Origin: Octopus sinensis | Lineage: Eukaryota | Reading direction: 5' to 3' | DNA: 64,000 nucleotides | Assembly (NCBI RefSeq): GCF_006345805.1 | Contig: NC_043010.1 | Location: 64,418,001-64,482,000, forward strand | Shown here: positions 53,813-64,000 of the stretch, piece by piece | How positions within the stretch are numbered: the stretch's first letter is position 1 | How the letters are laid out: the number at the start of each line of letters is the position of its first letter | Program-made: the position numbers and the translations under genes | The notes under the pieces: model-generated | Seen by the model: the letters and a program-made list of their open reading frames with translations, nothing else | The model's database searches: none | What the model was told of the DNA's origin: nothing

Positions 53813-54404
53813 GGATTTAATAAAAACAACAAACGGAAAATTTGAAAAAGCCACAGCACACGGAAAATTCGTAGCTAATTTCTTACCAGTCAACGTTCAA
53901 GAGATCATAATAGTTTGGTGCCGTTATCTTCTTGGAAGCATCAGTTGCCAAAAGCCACTGAGAATAGCTAATTGACGTATAGGACAATGACAAAAACAAA
54001 CAAAGCTGTGCGGGTACCAGACAGATGAATATAGGTAACGCAAAGGAAAACGAAAATGTCCTGAAGGACTGGAACACGAGAAGGGCAGTACGAACGATGA
54101 AATAATCAAACCTTATAGGAAAAAGATGAAGAAACATGAAGAAGCATGATCGACCTGGTCGCCAGCAAAGCAAAACAAAATGACGCAGGCTTAGATGGTC
54201 ACGTGGTAGTGGGAGGAGAAAGAAAAAGAGTCGTGGAGAGCAAAGGAACAGAAGAAACAGAGGAGAATAATAGAGAGGGAAAGAGAGAAAGATCGAGAGA
54301 GGAATATAAGAGAGAGAAAGAGAAAAGGAGTGATTTGGACATTGCAGAAAATATATTCCAAGGTTATTTTTACAAATGTGTAAAACTGCATGCACACACA
54401 CACA

Positions 54405-54458
<54 letters not shown>

Positions 54459-54466
54459 ACACACAC

Positions 54467-54513
<47 letters not shown>

Positions 54514-55264
54514 CGGGGTGAAAGGATGATTTCTAACTCAAATTCCAAGCATGATTTCGCATATATTATACTCTTGACATAGAACGTATAAGCAAAGCAA
54601 ACGACAGTAGCTGGATTTGAACATCTACTGTAGCCAAACATTCTTTGAAAAGACACATATTTTTCTATTCATACGAGTTGGTGCAGGATTTGTAAGATGT
54701 ATTTTCTTTAGATTATAACTCGTAAGAGTTGATTGACTAGTTCGTGTAGAATTATTTAGGTCCGATAATGCATAATTTTCCTATATTGTGTAACATGCAA
54801 ACTTTTATTGCTCATAAAGTTGAAGTTAATAATATAGTGTTTCTGTATTGTGTAAAATGTAGCATTTTATATTTTTACAGCAACATGCAGTGCTTTCTAC
54901 ATCTTTATGGCTCTTGTATCATTACTTAGGTTCTGGAATGTATGTTTTCTATCTTCTAACATGCTGCATGTTATAGATCATATAGCATGCATTATTTAGA
55001 AAAAAGACCCTGACGAAATCTTAGTGCCAAAATGCATAAGGGAAAATAAAAAGAAGGGGAAGGATGGAAGAAGCAGAGCAAAAGAATTAAATAAGAGGTA
55101 AAAAGAATGAGCGAAAAAGAATGAATAAGGGAGAGAGAGACTGAGAAAGAGAGAAACAAGGATAGAGAGAGTAATAAAGAGGAAGAGAGAGTGAAAGAAA
55201 ACTAGGTATAGAAAAAGGTTAAAGAGTGAATGAAGTCAATTGAAAGAGTTTGAGAGAATGAAGT

Positions 55265-55301
<37 letters not shown>

Positions 55302-55457
55302 GTGTGTGTGTGAACGTGTTTGAGCGTGTGTGCATGTGTGTATGTGAGCGCGCGCGTGTGTGAGAGAGAGTGAGTGAGTGAGGACGTTTGAGTAATATGT
55401 AAGTAAACTATATTTATCAAAATTACTGAAATTTGGAAAGTTACATTTACATTGCAG

Positions 55458-55615
55458 AAAGAACTGGTGAAAACTGAAGGTTGGGAAATTAATCATTTCA
55501 CTTTCTTGAAATGGCCAGAACGAGGTGTACCTATTGATCCAGAACACATTCTAGATTTTCGAAATGCTGTTACAAACATTTTCAATAAGAAACTACCAAT
55601 TGTTGTGCAAAGCAG
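55458..55615 (+). CDS. Exon: PTP WPD loop and start of P-loop, catalytic residues substituted
   Basis: ttgcag / gtcag, phase 0-2; ...HFTFLKWPERGVPIDPEHILDFRNAV...LPIVVQS(S/R). Confidence 0.93.
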
Positions 55616-55664
55616 GTCAGTATAACTGAGCAGTAATATTATCGGTTTACAGAAAGTAGTCAGT

Positions 55665-57140
55665 TATCTACAAACACTCACTTACAGACACATTGTCTAC
55701 AATATATGGATGGCACATAACCACCGGCCAACAACAGCTGAAAACATTACTACAGACAGTACATGGATTTACTAAAAAAACAAACATGACATTTGGCTTC
55801 GAAAAATGTTCCAAAGCAACCTTGAAAAGAGGGAAGCTAGTTAAGAGTAGCAATATCATACTAGATAAAGCAAATGAAATAAAAGAATTAGATCAAAGCC
55901 AGACATACAAATACTTAAGGATCAATGAATTAGTTACAGTACAACAAATACAAATGAAGAGAAGATAAGAACAGAATACTATAGGCGAGTTAGATTAATA
56001 CTGAAAACGGAGCTCATTGCGATAAACAAGATAATAGGTATCAACACTCTAACCATCCCAGTTATAAGTTACAGCTACAATATACTTAACTGGATTCTAA
56101 ATGAACTAATCAAAATAGACAGGAAAGCAAGAAAAATAATGACAGGATTTAGGATGCACTACCTTTCTGACATAGAAAGTTTATACATACAATGTATGGA
56201 AGGTGGTAGAGGCCTTATACAACTATAAAACTATTACAACATAACCACCATAAGACTATAGAAACACCTACTTCACAAGCAAGGAAAACTAATACAAATA
56301 GCTACTCACAAACAACGAACAAAACAAAAGAACTGTTTTCAATCTTTAAGGAAGCTGACAAATGCAAGAAAGAAATCATAGTAGCTAACAACTATGAAGA
56401 AAAAGAAGAAACAACAAACGCTGTAAAACAACTGAAATCCAATCTAAAACTGGAGCAGCAACGGATCATGATTAAACGATGGCAGAAAAAGCCCCTTCAT
56501 AGCAAATACTGGATTAAACTAACAGAAAATAAATAGACAAATCAAAATTCCAACAATAGCTGAGAAGCTCAGGACTCAAAGTAGAGACTGAAGGATTTTT
56601 AATTACAGCGTCAGACCAAAACCTTCCCACCAAAAATTACCAAAAACATGTGATGAAAAGAAATACAGGTAATGGCAGAATATGTGGAGATGGACAAGAA
56701 ACAATAAATTAAGTTGTCTCTGGCTGCCCAGTCCTGGCTAAGAAGGAATATATTCACAGAGCTGGGACCTATATATGCTGGAAGCGATGCCAACATTATA
56801 GAATGACAGCATAAAAAAAATGGTTTGGGCACATGCTAGAAAAGGTCACAGAAAATGAGAAAGCAACCATACAATGGGATATGCCAATACACACAGATAG
56901 AGAAATTAAGGCCAATAGGCCAGATATACTTGTCAGAAATCATCAAGAAAAACTGCTTTCTAATCGATGTTTCAACACTAATAGAGGACGATGTTTCTCT
57001 AAGAGAAACGGAGAAACTTTCAAAATACAAAGACCTGGAAATAGAGGTTACTCGAATGTGGAGTTTAAAAACAGAAACAGTTCCTATCATACTAGGAGCA
57101 TAGTAGGCGTAATAAAAAATATTCAGACACATATATAACA
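55665..57140 (+). mobile_element. R4/Dong-clade retrotransposon, truncated at both ends
   Basis: FGFEKCSKATLKRGKLVKSSNI, WDMPIHTDREIKANRPDI, KLSKYKDLEIEVTRMW. Confidence 0.9.
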
Positions 57141-57146
57141 AAAACA

Positions 57147-57379
57147 CCGGTTGAGCATGTATCTTAGTGGCTGACAGTATGAGCATCTCTGATCATGTGC
57201 AGAGACCTTTTGAGTGCTATAGGCTACTTGACCTGAAGAAAATTTTAACTGGGCCCAGTCTCCAAGGTCATGCATTGTTTATCTTGATGACTACAACAGG
57301 TAGTCATGATAGGTGTATTGGATTTCGTATATTCATACTCCAGTGTATCATACTGATGGCATGCGCTGTTCTCTCACTC
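57147..57379 (+). mobile_element. AAT-associated SINE-like element, copy F (left-truncated, internally deleted)
   Basis: Ends ctctcactc(AAT)n. Confidence 0.75.
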
Positions 57380-57403
57380 AATAATAATAATAATAATAAT
57401 AAA

Positions 57404-57947
57404 TGCTCTTATGCAGTACCAGGCAGTGGCCCTCATGTCGTTTGATAGTAACTAATTGGAAGTACTGTCATGTACATGTTTTGTTTTGGTACAAAAGACG
57501 GGCTACAGTAAATATTCTGCTCAATAACAGATTTGCTTGTCAGTTGCTTGACCTTAACCAGTTGAACATGTCCGTTAGTTACTGACGATATCTGCATCAT
57601 TGATGACGAGCAGTAGATGGGGAGCATCATAGCCATGTGCTGAGAGGAATTCTTTGGAGCTTTCAATGATTCAGCTATGGAAACATAATTATTTCGTTCA
57701 TTATCCTTAAACCTTTTACAGGGAACTTTTGAGCGGGATGGGTAACTGGACCTGGAGAAAATTCTAATTTGGCGCCACCTGCAAGGTCATATGCTGTTTA
57801 TCTTGTGAGATCACCATGTCGCGCACATGTGGTTGTGGTGCATGTGCCTGATGTATTCTTATTAGACGGGTAGTCATAATGGGCATACTGAGCTTCGTAT
57901 GTTTGTACCCCAGAGGCAATTTAATGACATGCGTTGCTCTCTCACTC
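57404..57947 (+). mobile_element. AAT-associated SINE-like element, copy G (full length)
   Basis: (AAT)n on both sides; tail 57948-58085. Confidence 0.85.
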
Positions 57948-57988
<41 letters not shown>

Positions 57989-58044
57989 TAACAATAATAA
58001 CAACAACAACAATAATAATAATAATAACAACAACAACAATAGTG

Positions 58045-58086
<42 letters not shown>

Positions 58087-58599
58087 GATAGTAATAGTGC
58101 TGATAATCTATCTATCTACACACACGTACACAAACACACACACACACACAGAGTTCAGCCAACACAAACCTCACCTCCGCTCTTTAGATGTTAACCAAAT
58201 ACGAATGTATCATCTGCCAGGCAAGAATTCTGGCGTTGAAGACAGCCAGCCAACCAGCCAGCCAGCCAGCCAACCACCCAGCCAGCCAACAAGACAGACA
58301 GACACACAACTCAACCCGCTGCCAACGTACTGTGATGGTGATAATGATAAAAACCAAAATAACAATAATAAGATACTGCTGTGACTACACATAAAACAAT
58401 ATCATTGATGATGATGATGATGATGGTGATGGTGATGATGATGATAATGATAGTAATAGTGGTGATAATAATGGTGATGATAATAACAATAATAAGCCGA
58501 CTACGGCTGCTATAATGGTACGATTATAATTGTAACGGCAATGATGGCCGTCTCCCCACGAGCCACTCAAAGCTCAAAAATGATAACATTATCGTAGCA

Positions 58600-61500
58600 C
58601 CAAAATGTTTTTGGAAACTAAAAGGAAAACTAAATCAGTATACCAAATTGCTTGTCCTATGGTTAATCTGGAAGCGTGTCCCCCAGGGAAGAGCCAGCCT
58701 GGGATCGAAAAGTCATCAACTGGCACAAACTCTTCTCCGAATACGGACATGGATGGTCACTTGAACAGGAAATTCCCCAACTCGATCCCTCCAAGTTCAC
58801 CACCACAACCACCACAGAAAGAAAAATGTAAGCGGAACAAATGGACCCGAGAAGAGTATAAAGAAGTAATATACGCTTATTACTATGCATTAGGTAGGTC
58901 ATCTCAAGAGAGACACACCGCAAACTCTTACAGTATATGGAGAACACGGAATCAAGACAGTAGGCCCTATTTGGGCGAGAACAAATTGGCAAATGTGAGG
59001 AGGGATATCCTTAGAAATAACAGACTTACAGACAGTGAAAGAAGCGCGATCAAGCACGCAATGGAAAATGACATAAATATAAGACACAAAGGAAATGAAG
59101 AATGAGATGAACAGAATAGCCCGCCACGAGGCTTAATTGAAAGACTGCCATCTGACCTAAGTATGCAAAGGCCTGAAGATACAAGAAATTCTATTGAACC
59201 TGTTAAAGATAGCCAGGAAAATGATAAAACAACAGTAATTGAAGATCTCGCATTTGCTGAAAAACACAGAGAGTCTATGGCAGAAATGAGGCAGAAAATC
59301 CTGAATACGCTTGAAGTTGTAAGACATACAAGTATGAATGATAGAGAACCACTTCATAAATTCTCAAATACAAACCAAAATAATAAAAAAAATCAAAATT
59401 GGCAACTATGTAACAAATGAAATAATACAAGAATTAAAACCTGATTTTACTGAGTTAAATGAAATCATTTACGCTTCTGCTAGGGCAATTGAAACCAGCT
59501 GTATGCCCCCGAAAAAACAAAGAAAACCAAACCTGGGAAGAAATCAAACCTGGAGAAGTAAAATTGAAAAAGAGATTGAATTTATGAGAGGGGAAATCAT
59601 CATCATCATCATCATCATCATTTAACGTCCGCTTTCCATGCTAGCATGGGTTGACGGTTCAACTGGGGTCTGGGGAGCCCGAAAGTGCACAGTCCATCAG
59701 ATCTGGCAGTGTTTCTACAGCTGGATGCCCTTCCTAACGCCAACCACTCCGAGAGTGTAGTGGGTGATTTTATGTGCCACCGACACAGGTGCCAGACGAG
59801 GCTGACAAACGGCCACGCTCGGATGGTGTTTTTTATGTGCCACCGACACAGGTGCCAGACGAGGCTGGCAGACGGCCACGCTCGGATGGTGTTTTTTATG
59901 TGCCACCGACACAGGTGCCAGACGAGGCTGGCAGACGGCCACGCTCGGATGGTGTTTTTATGTGCCACGACACAGGTGCCAGACGAGGCTGGCAGACGGC
60001 CACGCTCGGATGGTGTTTTTATGTTCCACCGACACAGGTGCCAGATGAGGCTGGCAAACGGCCACGATCGGATGGTGCTTGTTACGTGCCCACAGCACGG
60101 AGGCCAGTCGATGCGGTACTGGCTACGGCCACGTTCGGATGGTTTTCTTATGTGCACGTGCCACCGGCACTGGTACCACAAAGATACAAATTCCATTGAT
60201 GTTCATCTATTTTGATTTGTTTTGATTTGATTTGATTTGATTTTCACTTGCCTCAACAGGTCTTCACAAGTGTCACAAGAAGGAAGGTATGCACAGGTGG
60301 ACTGACTACGTCCCAGGTAGGGGCCATGGGTTATGGCCTGACTAGTCTTGCCGGGTCTTCGGATGGTGTTTTTATGTGCCACCGACACAGGTGCTAGATG
60401 AGGCTGGCGAACATCAATATTAAATGAACTAATATGTGGAAATGATGTAAGATCCAGAACAGGAAGAAAGATGAAGAGAAAATTTGGATCCTCACCAAGA
60501 GAAGAACTGATATCAATAAAAGAAATGCTGAAACAAAAAGTCCAAGCAAAAGCCCAAAGAATACGAAGATTTGAGAAGAGAAACAAGTTTTACAAGCAAA
60601 ATAAGCTGTTCACATCCAATGCCAAAAAATTCTACAGAGAAATAGGGAAGGAGAAAGTAACCGTTAAGATCCCCCTCCCATGGAAGAAGTTCAAAACTTT
60701 TGGAAAAGGATTTGGAGTGACAAGAAGTCGTACAACATAAATGCAGACTGGATTATACAAACAGAAGGATCCTACCAAAATTTACAACAAGCATGGGAAG
60801 ACATCACAATAGCAGACCTAAGAAAGGCACTCACGAAGGCCCATAATCGGAAATCCCCCGGTAAAGATAGGGTGCTGAATTTCTGGCTCTCATCGCTCCC
60901 ATGCGCACACGGTAAGCTAGTTCAGCTGCTCAATGGAATTATGAGAGACCCAAAGAAAACATCTGAATGGTTAGCATGTGGTATTACTTACCTACTCCCA
61001 AAGAATAACGAAACCAACCTTCCAAAAAACTATGGGCCTATAACCTGTCTATCCACCACGTATAAAATCCTAACATCTATCCTGGTGGAGAAAACATATG
61101 CATTTATGGAGAAGAACGATATTTTCCCCATTGAACAAAAAGGGTGCCGCCGAGGCTCATACGGATGCAAAAATCAACTGCTAATTAATCGTATGATCCT
61201 TGAGAATTGTCACAACAAGCGCAGAAATCTCAGCTCCGCATGGATTGACTATAAATAGGCCTTCGACAGTATACTGCATCCATGGATCTTGAGATCGCTG
61301 GACATCTTCAAAATTTCCCCTGTGATTTCAAGCTTCCTGAAGCACAATATGTCGTTGTGGAATACGAATCTCTAACTATACCACTCTAATGGAATACTTG
61401 CCTCAGAGAATATAAACATCAACTGTGGAATTTTTCAAGGTGACTCACTTTCACCTCTAATATTCTGCACAGCCCTAATACCCCTTACAAGTGAATTAAA

Positions 61501-63270
61501 CAGAACAGAGTATGGGTATAAAATTGCCAATAAAAAAATAAGCCATCTATTTTATATGGATGACTTAAAACTCTATGGTAAAGACGATAATGAACTTGCG
61601 CACTATGAAAGCATTCAGCGATGACATCGGGATGGAGTTTGGGCTTGAGAAGTGTGCCAAGGCCACTTTCCAGAAAGGGAAAGTGAAGACCACAAATTCA
61701 GTCGTGTTAGATGTTGACACAGTCATAAGAGAGCTTGAGCAAGAACAAACCTACAAATATTTAGGGATGAATGAAGGCTCTGGTATTCAGCATGCAAGCA
61801 TGAAAGAGAAGATCAGAAAGGAATGTTATTGGAGAATTCGTGCAGTCCTCAAATCTGAACTAAATGCACATAACAAGGTGTTAGCTATAAATTCCTTAGC
61901 AGTTCCAGTTGTTACTTATAGCTACAATGTGTTGAACTGGAATATGAGTGAAGTAAAGAATATAGATAGGAAAATACGCAAGCTGCTGAGTTGTAATAGG
62001 ATGCACCACCCAAAGGCAGACGTAGATCGCCTTTACCTCCCCAGAGCCCAAGGAGGTCGAGGCCTGATCCAATTTGAACTAGGTTACAAAACAACCACAA
62101 TTAGACTGGCCAAATATCTTGAAATAACGAATGACTGGATGCTAAAGCTCGTGGAAAATCACGAGAGACGAAAGAAGCTTCATTCTATCATAAAGGAAAG
62201 CAAAAAAATTGCTATTGATCTCGTGCAGGATACCCAAACTGAACAACCCGAGGGAAGTATGGCAACTATTGTTGCAAAGAAGGTGAAAATAATGGCAACG
62301 AAAAAAGCGCACGAGCAATTGACTGATAGGTGGGAGGAGAAACCTCTGCACGGCAAATATGTGGCCCGTAGCAAACAAACTGATGTTGACCAGAAGCAAA
62401 CCCATCAGTGGCTACGGAGCTCAGGGCTAAAAGCAGAGAGCGAAGGTTTCATCCTGGCTGCTCAAGATCAAAGCCTATTAACCTGGAACTACCAGGCCAA
62501 TGTGATGAAAAATGGAGCAGACCCAAAATGCCGATTCTGCAACGACATGATTGAAACAGTGGACCACCTAATCTCTGGATGTAAAGTCTTAGCACCAGTG
62601 GAGTATAAATTAAGACATGACAGAGTTGGCCAATATCTACACTGGCTAATAAGTCGGCATTACAATATCAAAACTGCCGACAATCACCACCCTGAAGCTG
62701 TAACTGAAGGAGAAAATGTAACGATTCTGTGGGACTTCCCAGTACATACAGACCGAACCATCAAAGCCAATAAACCGGATATTGTTGTGAAAGATCAAAA
62801 CAATAAAGTTTGCTTATTGATCGACATGAGCATCCCCTGTGATCATAATATCTCGGCGAAAGAGTTTGACAAGCTCAGAAAATATAAAGACCTGCTCATT
62901 GAAATTGAGAAAATGTGGCATCCCAAGGCGGTTACAATACCAGTGATTGTAGGAGCACTAGGGATGATCAAGAAGGGAACCGAAAATTATATGAGAATGA
63001 TCCCTGGCTTACCATCCCTGCAAGCAGTGCAAAAGATTGTCTTAACTGGTACATCACACGTATTGAGAAGAGCATTGTCGATGTGAGAACTATTACTACC
63101 AATGTATTTTAATTTAACTTTATTTCTATAAAAAAAAAAAATGAACGAACTAGTGAGTTTAGTTTAATGGCCTACCAATGTATACTATGAGTTTCTTTGC
63201 CCTAGGAGTCAGGAAGACACTTGGCAAGAAATGGAAGCAAATTTGAAAGAAGAAGAAAAAAATGATGATG
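58600..63270 (+). mobile_element. Near full-length R4/Dong-clade retrotransposon, inactivated
   Basis: N-terminal KWTREEYKEV..KLANVRRDI domain, RT (LFYMDDLKLY), CRFC..ETVDHLISGC knuckle, RLE (KPDIVVKD..KEFDKLRKY); stops, frameshifts and an 815-bp insertion. Confidence 0.93.
59598..60412 (-). mobile_element. RTE-tailed SINE-like element with internal 63-bp tandem array, inserted in the Dong ORF
   Basis: 3' end and (GAT)n tail match 52110-52280; splits Dong codons MRGEI/SILNE. Confidence 0.8.
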
Positions 63271-63289
63271 ATAAAGATACTGGCATGAG

Positions 63290-63847
63290 AAATGTGGTGC
63301 AATGATTCTCAAATGGGGGAAAATCAGTAAAAGCCATGGGATCAAACTGGAAAGTGGTGAAACTATAAAGGAAGTCGGAGAGGAAGGATATAAGTACCTG
63401 GGTATCATTGAAAGAGATAAGATGAATGAACACAAGAGGAAAGAAGTGTACATGAAAGAGTATTTGAGGAGAACTCGGCTTGTAATCCAGTCGAAGCTAA
63501 ATGGCCGCTATAAGATGAGAGCAATTAACACTTGGCCGGTTGCTTTGATGAGACATGGAGCAGAAATAATATCTTGGAAGAAACATGAATTACAAGAGAT
63601 AGACCGTAGGACACGTAAATTAATGATAATGATCAAGGAACTGCACCCCAGGAGTGATTTGTCAAGTTGTATGTAAAGAGGAAAGGAGGACGGGGATTAG
63701 TGGGTTGTGAAGGCTGTGTAAAAGAAGAGGAGAATAGCCTGGCTTCGTATACCAAGGGGAGTAAAGAAATAATGATTGAAGCAATGAAAATGTAGGGATC
63801 CTTAAAAGTGAAAGCAGCCGTAGATCCAGCACAATTTAAGAAAGACC

Positions 63848-63928
<81 letters not shown>

Positions 63929-64000
63929 CAGATGAAGAAGTTTTGGCAAGACAAGAAAATGCACAGTCAGTTCTTGAAGAATAAAGATGTGATTGATTGG
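63290..64000 (+). mobile_element. R4/Dong-like fragment (further subfamily), interrupted by (AG)n near 63855-63930
   Basis: GYKYLGII..KEYLRRTRLVIQSKLNGRYKMRAINTW..HPRSD. Confidence 0.85.

Noticed and set aside
59774-60410. CRISPR-like array
   Set aside because: Units are wholly repeated with no unique spacers, no cas genes, eukaryotic SINE context
55616-64000. Next PTP exon (xAGxGRT)
   Set aside because: Not found in the window; presumed downstream

Overview
Eukaryotic, AT-rich, microsatellite-dense window; repeat families and composition suggest an octopus or other coleoid (inference). Almost all of it is intronic sequence of one + strand gene with 10 reconstructed, phase-compatible exons (one needing a 1-nt correction): EGF-like exon (857-991), transmembrane exon (5923-5998), a 3.6-kb tandem-repeat exon encoding about 1200 aa of K/E/P/R-rich cytoplasmic linker (18248-21870), then seven juxtamembrane/protein tyrosine phosphatase (PTP) exons (24304-55615). 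The membrane-proximal PTP domain lacks its catalytic residues (VHC->VQS, WPD->WPE, KNRY->KNRD), and one exon is 1 nt short. Introns hold seven R4/Dong-type retrotransposon fragments, seven copies of an (AAT)n-flanked SINE-like element, RTE, Tx1, CR1, Penelope, Gypsy, Tc1/maT, mariner and Helitron relics, a degenerate 28S rRNA fragment, and a complete type I hammerhead ribozyme motif on the minus strand (23284-23350). Most long ORFs in the supplied track are microsatellite or shadow ORFs.
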